Below are positions 1-12,000 of a stretch of 61,337 bases of DNA, piece by piece; the stretch's first letter is position 1; each line of letters starts with the position of its first letter. A program made the position numbers and the translations under genes. Location of the stretch: positions 62,001 to 123,337 of IMG/VR virus record IMGVR_UViG_3300013119_000533. One strand, 5' to 3'. This DNA is from an uncultured virus (IMG/VR IMGVR_UViG_3300013119_000533) (taxonomy: Duplodnaviria > Heunggongvirae > Uroviricota > Caudoviricetes). A model generated the notes under the pieces. That model had not been told where the DNA came from and did not search any database. It saw only the letters and a list, made by a program, of their open reading frames with translations.

Positions 1-3000
1 TTCAATTAACGAAAAGTAATCATATGGCCAGTTAAAACCATACTCAAATATATCATTTTCCACACTAAGTTTCTTTTCAGGATGTCCGTCTGGAAGTTTG
101 TCTAGTTTCTTTTTCTTAAAGTAATTCGTTTGTGCTTTCTGCTTAACCTTGAATACCATCCACTGGACGTCTTCATCAAACCCGCCATCCTCCATGAGGT
201 CGGTTGGTCCGAATAGTTCATGATCAACCACTTGCGAACTAATAATCCTAGAACCCTCTCCATAGTACGAATCCAAACCGACGTCGGGTGTCACATTTTG
301 CCAAATATTTGCTACATCCTGACGTGAAAGCGTTACGGAAAACTCAAATATATACATTGCAAATGGTTCAATAAATTTTGAAGTCGGATCATTATATTTT
401 AAGAAGTTAAAGTGCGGTGGAATATTATAATCCATCATAGATTTAACCATCTTGAAAATGGATCTTCTTGGTGTAATTGCTCTAGGTGGATCACCCAACC
501 TATCACTCGATGCATCACCTGGTAAAGACCCTCCTGATCTGCGGGCAGCTGCATCGTCTAAAATATTCGCTGCTTCTCTCTGTTCACGGCGAGCATCTTC
601 CGTGTCAAGTCTATATTCTGGGAATCCCAAATTTCTAACTGACTGGTATACTTCCTCTTTTGGAAGTTTGAAGAACTTCTTTTCTCCATTAACAGTCTTA
701 AAAGGAACTGCGATAACCGCCTCTTTGATTAATTTTGATGATGGGAGCGAACCGATTTTGTTATATTCACGTTCTATCCCAAGTCCTATAAGTTTAGATA
801 GGTCTCCCTTTGATCGATCTCTAGGTCCACCAATCCAAACAGACGGGCGAGTCTTGCCTGTTATGCTGCCTGTCTGGTGCCAGATCCCTTTTATTTTCGG
901 CAAAGTCTGTGTCGTTTTTGAAGTTCTTGGTTGATCAACATCTCCATCGGCGGTGCCAGTGAAGTTAAACGTAGGACACTCAAATCTAGTTTGAAGTACC
1001 AAAGAACTTCTATTTTCAATAATATCCCCTGTTTCAGAATTATATGATTGAACAAAACTATCTTCATTAAATCCAAAACCACTGAAACTGGCACTAAGGT
1101 GCATGGCATGATCCCTGTTTACAGAAGCTGGTATCATCATAGTCACTGACGAGTCTGTGGTGGATCTTCCAGATCCCTTAGAAGACATGGACCCCGTTGC
1201 TGATACGAATCTCTCAAATTCGACAGTAGTTTCTGAAAGGATTTGTCTTATTGAATTATATTGGGTATTTGAGTCTGGAGTAAATTTTAACGTCGCTTCT
1301 GCAAGACCGTCATAATGAGGCGGCAAATATGGTGCAAACCCATACCCTAGTTTGTCATAATATCTTGGCAAGTTAATACCACCAGGCGTCTTGGTTTTGA
1401 CTCGACCAACGTCGCACGGCGGGCCGAAAGCTGCTGGATTGTTATACATTGGATTATCACGACTTGTCCCGCGGCCGCTGCCAAGTATAACTCTTGCCTC
1501 ATAGGTGCTCACACTGGAGTCGATTTCTTGTGGGACATCTGATGACCTTATTGTCACACCCTTACTGTTTTCAATAAACAAGTTCAAACATTCTGCATAG
1601 AAATTACTTGCGGCGCGGGTGTACATCGTTGTTGTCGATGCTATTGCATCAAGATCAAGTTTAGTTACGAGAGAAGACGAGTGCGCAGCGACACCACGGA
1701 CGAAATCCGTATTTTGAACTGCACCCGTGACATTAAAACTGCCCGACCATACGGTTGGCCCAGACAAATCACCAGTCAATCTTCTCTTAACGGTATTGGC
1801 ACCCAAGAGACTTGCGCTCGGATGAGGTTCCATTTCATAAAACAACGTCTGATTTCCATCTTCTGTAGAAACTGTGGGCGGAGTGTATATCGCAGGATCT
1901 ACAATTGCCTCAAACGGTATTCTTGTAACGGACTTTATCCCCGTGTCTATATTCAAACTCAGCGAAGTGGGTTCACTACCTATATCCATCGATCCAGTGT
2001 AAAAATGTTTATGATATTCTGGAGATCCTATTCTCGGGATCGAGGCGTCATCCGTAAAATTAAACTTAGAACCAACAACAAAAGTTGGAATAGTGTATGC
2101 CCCTGAAACAAAAGTGTTTGCGCTTCCAGATAGTCCAGCTGGGTGGTTGTCTCTCAAAGTAGACTCTACCATATAACCGTCTCGTGACCTGGTGGTTGTT
2201 CCAAGAACCTTCCAGTTGACACCTGCGTTGTCGCGGGCATTAGTCCACCAAGTTTTAAATGCTGGGGCGTCGTAAGTAGTTGATCCATTGCCCTCAATTT
2301 CGCCACCATTAAGAACATAATAGTATAGAGTATATTGTGCTGGATTTGTTATGTCAGTAATACCGTTCCACCTTCTTCTGGATCTGCTTGACCAACTCGG
2401 TGACTGATCCAGGGATCCAGACCAAGTCGAAAATCCATAAAAGGTGCCAGAAAGATGATTCGCCAATGTAGGGGCAGCAGTAGTGTCGGGGATCTTAGAT
2501 TCGAAAGATCCTGATGAGGCAAGTATAGTTTTACCACTATACAATGGAGATGCATGATTAAACACTGGTAAATTGTTTGTCATGCTAGCATCCGTCAAAT
2601 AATCTGATGATGCATAAAGGCTTGACTTTGCCTTCATATACCCAGTGTCATTTCCAGGTCGGTACCATGCCACTAGGTTATCGTGTAAGGATCGAGGCAA
2701 GACAGTATATGGGTTTCTTGGACCTATTTGAGATCCGTGGTTTTTAGACTGAAACTTTGCGGATGAGGCGGTGTCGCCCTGCGATAGCGCACTGATCTGT
2801 GTTGCGCCAGCTGGTGGGTTGTCGGGATTAGATCCCCCAAGTGCATAAACAGAATATTTGTCTAATTGCTTATTGAAAACTAAAACTTCAGTCATGATGT
2901 TTTCAGAGGGTTTGGTTGTTGCTAGTCCGCGCTTCAAGGTTGAATCAACTGTATTTCCGAGAAATCCGAGGTCTACATTACTATCGGCATTTAGGGATTT

Positions 3001-6000
3001 TACTGCTCCTAGATGCGACCCTAGATAACAATTTCTTTCACCGTCCAAAACTACAGAAGCGGCGCTCGAACCATCAAGAGTAAACCCTGCTGACGAGGTT
3101 ATTTCAGCGGCTGTGCTATATGGGCGACCATTAACAAAACACTTAAAGTTGTCGACGTCGATCGTGTTTAAATCGAACTCCACATAATAATGGTTCCACC
3201 CAGGGTTGAATCTTGCTCCATCTGGTGGCGTGCACTTCATAACGAAAAAATCCTTTCCATTTCCGCCAGCAGCAACAAAGTGGGTCTTAAACTTTTTATT
3301 TGCTCCAGTCTGGGCCTGGGCTTTGTTTTCAAATCCCGAATAAGTGAGAGAATCATTATCAATAGCATACCCAAGGTGAAAACCCTTCTTGAATGCAGCC
3401 TGATCTTCTACTTCTCCACTACCAAGCGAAATCACGGTACCACACTGCTGGAGGGGGTAGAGCGAATCCATAGAGAAACTACGCCAATCCTGTTCTCGTC
3501 CTCGGGCATTAGTCATCGGCAAATACATCCAAAACGATACACCAATCTTGTCATTGTGATTGCCGCTGGCGATGGACCCTGTCAGAGACTTAGCCCATTC
3601 GCTGCCTCCACCAATCTCAATTCTGTTTCTTGATAGATTGGGGTTTGCCTTCGGAAAATTATCAAAATCAGAACTTGAACCCGTCATCATATATGAAGTA
3701 ACGCTGGCGGATTGGAACATGACACCATACTGGTTATATATCTTGTCTTCGTGGGGTTCGAAAATAGGATAATCAACCGAGATGCCCGACTTGATTGTAT
3801 TAAATGCAATACCTGGAGCGTAATAAGGCGCTAACACGTTTCTCCATAATCCATCAGCATGCTGACTGTAAGAGGAACTAAATTCTGATGCTAATTGAGT
3901 CATTCTATCCGCAGGGTACAATCCCTTGTAAGGTAAAAATTTCTTTAATGCCTTACACTTCAGCATTAACCGCTGTGGAGTAGCGCTCTTTATTTCCAGC
4001 ATCTGCTCTTCAACGACTTCAAAATCTTTTACAAAATCAGTATGACTATAAATTTTATAAAAATTATCCATCGAACTATTGGATGGAGAGGCTGCTCCAG
4101 TGATGGTTAGGAAAGAGTCGTTACACGTAAAGTATGGATCGGCGCCACCTACGGTATTAATGTAGTGATCCATGTGCTCACTAATTCTGAATTCTGGCAC
4201 CAAAGAAAAGTCCTTTGCTATCAACCGAGTCTGGTGGGCAAAATCATTATAGTTATCAAAATTAAACGGATTTCGACCAGAGTGTTCTGGGGTCTTAAAG
4301 AATTGAGATCCGAACAGGTGATGATCTACCCTTTCGTCTTTCTTGTAGATATTTTGTATATGGTATCCGCCTGATTGATGTAGGAAATATGCGAACGTTC
4401 CACTTGCCTCTTCAAATCCATATGTAGGCGTGTTCGTATTGTTTGAGTTGCCAAACGATCCAGTGTAAAACCTGCCACGAAGATCTGCATAATTCGAAAT
4501 CTTTGTTGTCGATATGACCGAATGGCCGGTTTCATCGAAAGGAGTAAACAATTCTTTCTTTGAATTTGTTGGCGTATATGTTCTTACTGAAGACGTTATA
4601 AACGATGCAGTCATGTCTGAGATGGCCATCTCCAGAGTATTATTTACAACATTTAGATCTGCAAACGTATCACGTTCGATGGTCTTCATCTCAAACACAT
4701 TCGGCGCCTTCATTGCCCATTGCCCAGAAATGTCGTTGGCAGCACTTGAACCCGTAACAACAGAAACAAATCGTATCTTCTGGTTAGTCAAAGACGCTGT
4801 AACTAGTACATCAACAAACTGATACGCTGTGTCGCTGGCGTATGTGTCAATATCTCCAGAGGACGACCCTATTGTTGCAACAGTTCGGTACCCCCTATCA
4901 CCACGAGACTGATCTTCGTCGCCGATTTGTACATAAAATGGCGTTGTTGATTTGTGGACAATACCGCCGCCAGCAGCTGTTGTGCTGGCGCCAGTCCTAA
5001 GTAGGAACGTAATCTTGCCAGGAAAGTCATATGAAGAAGTAGTTCGAACCCATCTATACAGCGTATGTTCAGAACTCTTAGGAGGATCATACATTGCCGA
5101 AACCGCAACAGACCGCCCAACAAAAGCCATTGGCGAAAGTCCCGATGGGGTTCCAAAATCATCTGACATCACTCTTGGCCCAACCTGTGCTTCGGTGACA
5201 CTGTTAGTTGGACCACTAGCTGTTCCATAACTAGACCCATTATAAGTGTGTGTTTTCCATCCTGGTGGTAGTCCTGGACTTGTGTTGAATCCGCTGCCTC
5301 CTATTGAATTATAATTGGTCGTGTTTGCTGCTTGGAAAAAAAGATCATTTTCGGGAAATACGTTCGTAGTATTGAGACCTTGATCATAAATCTTTCCTGC
5401 CGAATATGATGCAGACAAAATAAATCTTTGAACTGTGAAAGAGTTAGGCAAACTAGATGTAGCTTGCATTGGGAACGGTCTCGCGAAGACGGCACTTGCA
5501 CTAGGAAAGTGTAAGTTATTGTGGAAAACAGAATAGTTCGCAAATAGCTCACCTGCGCCGTCAGCGCCCAAGTGATCAGATGTTGTCTTCAGCGCTGTTG
5601 TTCTAAAATTATCAGGTTCATCTAATGGCCAAATCGACATTCTCGGAATCGTATTTCCTTGTGAATTTGTTACGTTCGTTAACGTACGTTCGGATCGCAC
5701 TGTTTTCCAAAAATCATCAGTTTTAAACTCGGTTCTTTGTCTAGTTCTCTCAAGATATGCATTTTCCTCTTTCGGAAAAATGTCCATATCAAACCTTGCC
5801 CAGTCTGTAACTGGTTTACTTAAATCAAACCCTCTCAACATATTATTGTCTAGGAGATTTATCTTTTGATCGTCTGGAGTCTGCACTCTCAATAAGTTAG
5901 TTAAATTATCAGTTGCGAATTTACCAACAATATTACTAAATACAAACTTGTTCACTGCAAGCTTTGGGATGCCCTTGGAATCTAACACCATTCCAAAAAG

Positions 6001-9000
6001 TTTAATCGGATACCTGTTTGATGTAACAGGAGGGTCTGTAAATCTAAAACTAGAATTAGAAACATCCCTATCTGTATTATAGATCCTACGATGATTCGTA
6101 CTATCTGGCCATGAATAGTTACCTAGAGTGTTCGTTCTTACGACGCGTCGGCCTTCGTTACTCGGACTACCGATCTCCATTGGAGGTGCATATATATTCT
6201 TTTTACGCAAATACCTACCCATTTGAGTTTGTCCTACCCTCAATTGTTTCCAAGATGGATAACCATACGGGCCTTGCTTGCTTAAAATCATTGTATGAAA
6301 GTGCGCTGGTGCAATTGCTTTAATTTCGATATTCCTAATAGACCACAAACCGTCCATCGATATGTCAGAATTTCTTACAATCCACCTTAATTCCAGTGGT
6401 CTTTCTGGTCCTTGTCCCAACCCTGAAAGTCTTACACTTTGTTGGACATACTCTGTGCGATCATGACGGTTGTTGGAGACGGATGCAACCAAGTCAGAAT
6501 TGTTGGATGCCAGTTCCAATACTGTCACATAAGAACCGCCAGACTTCTTGTATTGCAAATACATATTGTTATTGCTTCTGCTTGTTTGATTGATTACGTC
6601 AAAATTAATATCAATCGAACCTGGAGTTGTTATAGGGTTGAACAACGCAACCCACGACCAATAGTCTGACGATACTGGCGGGTTTGTGATATCGGTGTGG
6701 GGCAATCCCGTCCCGCGAAATGCTAAAGCTTGATATACGCCGTTGGTACTTGTCCATCCATACTGAAATGGCGTTGGGCCTGTGGAGACAGCTGTGGCAC
6801 CTATAAAAGAATCCACAAAAGATTTTGAATACCCCGATCTATCAACAGCTTCGGCGGCGTACGTATTTGCTGTTGCTGTGGAGACCGCCGTTGTAAACCC
6901 TAACCCGATATTGAAAAGTGATGCAGTGAGCTGATGTCCTGGTCCGAGGGCGCCTAAATACCCACTGTCTCCAGTAATCGCTTTATCTGCGGCAAAATTA
7001 TTCTTATATACAGTGATGGTCGACAAACTCGAAGTTAAGGTCGATGTGTTTGACCCGACGTCAAGATCTTGATTTGTAAGTGTGTGCGGATACTGATGGA
7101 AATTGATTCCAGCATAGTTTACAATTGGGTTCCCAAATGCGGCAGCGCCTGGAAAAGGCGTACTTGCTGATAAAAACTCATAAGTTCTCTCATACCTCAA
7201 TGACCCTGTAGTGTTGCCACCCAGAGCAGCCTGTGTAAATGAATGTAAGTGCCCTGCAAACTCTATCTTCGGTCTACCTGCGGTGTTTAAAGACGCCGTA
7301 ATCCAAGCATACTGATAGTCGTTTTGTGGAATCGGATGCTGAACGAACAAGTTATCCTTATTGATATCCGTCTCTCCACTGTACTTCTGTCCTGACATTG
7401 ACCTTCTGTGTCTTGGGTTCGCATTAACCTTGTGGTTTGTTACAAGACTGTTGGAGTCTTTATTGCTAGCAGACTGAGGCAGTTTGCTCAAGAAATTCAT
7501 CGGACCTCTAACAGAAAGATTTCGATAGTTTAAGGAATTGTAAACAGAATATTGGTTAGTTTCTCTATCCAACCCATGTCCGCCTCTACTATTTCCTGCC
7601 ACCTCTGTGCCACCTGGCGATGCAAAGCGTGCTTTAAATACTGTTTTCCTGACTGGTCTGGCAAATCGAGCGAATTCTTTTACGCCTGGAATGCCTGTTG
7701 AATTTGACGATGTCATTTGTTCAAGATTGTCTACGAGAAAATCTTTTCTTTGATCTTCCGAAGTATATTGCACAATATCATACATATGGTTATAATTTCC
7801 CAAGGAAATACTAGATGTTGTGCTTTGTATATTGTCAATATTGACAGGGCGTTTTGCGAGTGGTCCTCTTAAAACTTGCGCATGTTGAATGCTATGATCT
7901 ATAATAGGCAGATTTGAGTCATCCAATCCCGTTGCATTTGGAGGCAGAACATATAATCCATCAACTCCGCCAGTAAAATCCGTCTTTGTCAGACCTGGAT
8001 CGCCAGAATCCGTAATCGTAATAGTTGTGTTACCGCTCGCACCTTCCACGTTTTGTGTCACCTGGACGACTGTAGAGGCAATTCTTGCAGCGGTCAGTCT
8101 GCTATTGCCATTTAAACATGCCGCGATGGCCAGTGCGGTTGCAGCTGCGGTTCCTACTGCAAACGTCGGATTATTGATGTCCGTAGTTGTAGTTGTGGAT
8201 CCATGTGCGGTTGCCGTTATTACAGTTCCGTCTGTAGCGATAACTTGAATAGTGTCAGATGTGTTAATCTCTGTATGATCACTGACTGTAATTGTTGCTG
8301 TCGCTGATTCAAAACCCGTTGCAATCTTGAACGCCTCGGATCTACTACGCCCATCCTTCTTGTTTTCAATATTACCCAATAAGGACCCAGATAAATCTTG
8401 ATGCCTATGAGCGTTGCCGCCTACCCAGCGTTCTGTAAATGGAGACTGGAGTGTCACCTCTCTGTCGTCACCATACTCGTCAGAGTGTAAATTTGTTATA
8501 TCAACACCCTTCTTAAAATTAAGATACAGTGACGCTTTGTAATCAGTTGGTGCATCGATGGAACTACTGTATATCGTAAATGGAGCGATATCATTTATGT
8601 CCCTATCTTTATGCGTAAAAGCAATATCAGCTGGTGCATGGATCTTATGCTTCTTGTGGGGGTTAATTACGTCCTTACACGCCGTTGAAGCAGCTTCTGA
8701 TGCTGTGACCGCAATATGTGTTTTCTCGTGCGCAGAAGTGACGCCAGTGTAAAATCTTTTCTTTTTATTGCCAAAGGTGTTATCTCCACCCTTCGCATGG
8801 CGTTGGTCCTCTACTGTTAAACGATATGGTCTGGATAGTCTTCTTGTTGCATAAGTTGATCCCGAAACAGAAGTAATTGATGCCCTTCTGATAATTTCTC
8901 TATCCGAGTCCGTCTCCAAAGTACCTGAAACAAAAAGGTCTGTATTTCGTTGTGCTCTCTCGCTTGTCCATAGACAATTCTTGTTGTTCGGACTTCCCAA

Positions 9001-12000
9001 CGGAGCATGTCCACGATTCCAGTCGTATAACAATTCATTAATCGCTCTTATCTGTCCGAGTGGTTCAACCTTTTTAAGTTCTAGGGTTGGATACTTAGAC
9101 TGGAATTTGTTCCTTTCTAGAATATGACTCTCTATGACATTTCTTATATCTTCAGATGCAGCAACAGATGCAGGCACAAACTGATCGATCATAACGGAAA
9201 GCGAGGAATCCAACCACTTGTAGTATTCCATAAACCTCTCAATGTCTGGTGAGTTACCCACTCTGTCAAAGAACATTTGACGCAACTTAGATAGACCCTT
9301 ATAGTCCTGCCTGAACCTTTCTACTGGGGCGCCGATGGCGTTATTGAAATCGTTAATACCTGCAAAGAAGTTTAACATCTCATCCGAAACAACTGCATAC
9401 ATACTCTTCTCGAAAGAGAAATAATAATCTGTTGGTTTCGTCTCTCTTGTGAAAACTACATCATCGTTAAGGGAGATATTGACCATATCGCCAGAGCGTA
9501 CGTTCTCAAGTGGTTGTAACTTGGCTGCCTGGTCAAATTCAACGTCAATACTGCCTGTACCTATCGTTCCGAAAGATATACCCTTTGCAGGATGCATATA
9601 CTTAATTGTATCTTCGATTGAACCACCGACAAGGTTTGAGTCTACGGAACCAGAAGATACGTCTGTCACCCACATCTCACCATTGGTATTGGATCCTGTC
9701 AAACTTTCAAAGTTCCAATTGATGGTGAGCAATTCCGATCTAGGAGTGTGACACCCACCTGCGTTTCCTAGAGGCAAGATATCCCTAGTTGGGTTGGTTA
9801 CACCGAAAGATTTTGGATCAATCGTATGCTGATGTAATTCATCATCACTTAAGAATGTCAACCAGTGTCTGAAATTTGTTGCTTTTATATCCGACCGTTG
9901 CAATATGCCGCCGTCGAAGTCTGTCCTATGCGTACCCACATAAAACCTTCTGGATGCCTGCGTAAAGGCGGCGCCCACTGCCTGAGACATAGAACTACTA
10001 ATTATGTGCTGCTGGTCTATCTGATTACCGATTGCATTAATGCAAGCAAGTTCAATGAAATAAGATGTAGCAGATCCACTAACGTTCATCGCATCTGGGT
10101 TTAATCTATTTTCAAGCCTGGTGCGAACTGCAACATGCCATCTTCTGGATGTGTACAGATCAGGAATAAACTCCGTTTCGATCGGATCGAATAGACCATT
10201 TCTACACGTCAAGACGAACTTGGCAGTTGTTGAATTCTGAGTGTCTTTGACTGCATATACTTGAAAGTTAGCATCATCGTCTCCGACAGCTGTCCAAGCA
10301 TGTGAAGTGCCGTTCTGACCTGCAGTATTGGTGCGGACTGCGTGACAACCAAACAAACTAGAACTCAACGGCGTACTGCGATAAAAATCATGTTCTATAG
10401 GGTATCTATTGGGGAAAAATATCTGTGCCTGAGTTGTCGATCCAGCTGGTAAAGCAGAAGATCCCGTCACATACCCTCTTGCATCCTTTTGTCTGTAAGT
10501 GCCTGGTAGACTAGCCGTTTGAAAAACGGTTGCGTCTGTACTCGATTCGGAATCAAAGTTTACATACTTGTTCTTCACTGTTGAATGAATGTAACTGTTT
10601 TCGAGCGGATATACAGAATCTGTCGAATAAAGATTCATCTTTATCAATTCACTATCTACACCAAAGCATCTGAACAGGTTTCTAAATGATCTTTCCGTTC
10701 CCTTCGATTTGTAAATACTGTTAATGTTATTGTATATGTTGTTGTATATAAAGTTTTTAACGTTGTGTAATTTTTCCCTAAATTTGTCTTCTTCATTCCG
10801 ATCATTGAAAATGTTGATCGTATCCTTGTCCAAGAAAAGTTCTGGAGTGACAAGACCCAAAGACTCCAACTTTACATTGTTGAACGGGTGCGGTTTATAT
10901 TTAAGGTCTGGGTATTTATTTTCCTTGACGTCCTTCATTTCCTTTATTTGAATGAATAGACTGTCAAAATAGCTCGCCATGATCTGTGTTATTTTTCTTA
11001 ATTCGTGTCCGTTCTCCTGACCATCTTCATCAACGATCCAATCTGGGATTGAATAATAAAGACTTGAATTGTTGGTTAGGTCAAAAGCATACCCCTCTTC
11101 CAATGAACTTGTCGTAAATGCCACCACGTCTGGATGCGTGGAGTACAGAATAGGGTCTCTGAATTCCTTAAAAGAGGCAGAGGACTCCGTAATTGCCGAT
11201 CCAGTGTGACGACCTACCGAAGCATATCCAACCCAATCACCATTAGATACTCTACCAGAGTAGTCTAAAACTATATTGTCGATTCCAGAATCGCCTACCA
11301 GACCTTCATTGAATTTATAATAAACCCCCAATGATGAATTTTCCACATTCTTATTGGTGCCTGCGCCGATCTGATGATTGTAGAATCTGCCAACCTCTTT
11401 AGAGTTCCTTGCTGTTTTCCAAAATCGAAATTCATCCAAAGATCCAGACAACTTACCATACCCGCGTCCAGGGTATTGTGGCCTGTCACTAGCAGCGTTG
11501 CCTGCGCCCAATTCTCTGGCGTCTTTGTAAGCGACCAGGGATCCAATTGTTCCTACCATTGCAGTGTTAAGGGTGCCAACGGAACTGCCTGTCATTATAG
11601 TTTGATGCAATTCACCGTCGACATAGGATCTAAGTCGCACCGAACTAGAAACATTTTGCATCGTAAATGAATAATGGTGCCATGCGTCATCTGAACCGCT
11701 CGTGTAAAGGGCAGGTTTACCAACTCTGACATCTTTAAATCCCGTGGTTCCAGACTGATATGTTACAAGAAATGGTGATTTAGCAGAATCACTACTGTCC
11801 AATTCTATAGTGAATCGACCATATTTGTGCTCACCCTCAACCGAACCAGTAGTAGTAAAGTCAAACACTACCTCTCTTTTGGTCTTTGACGTTCCAACAA
11901 ATTCTGGTTTTTTCAACCAAAACTCTACAGTATTTCCATTTTGTCCATTAATTTCAAGATTAGAAAACCTAGAACTTGCAGTGTGAAATATGTTCCCTAC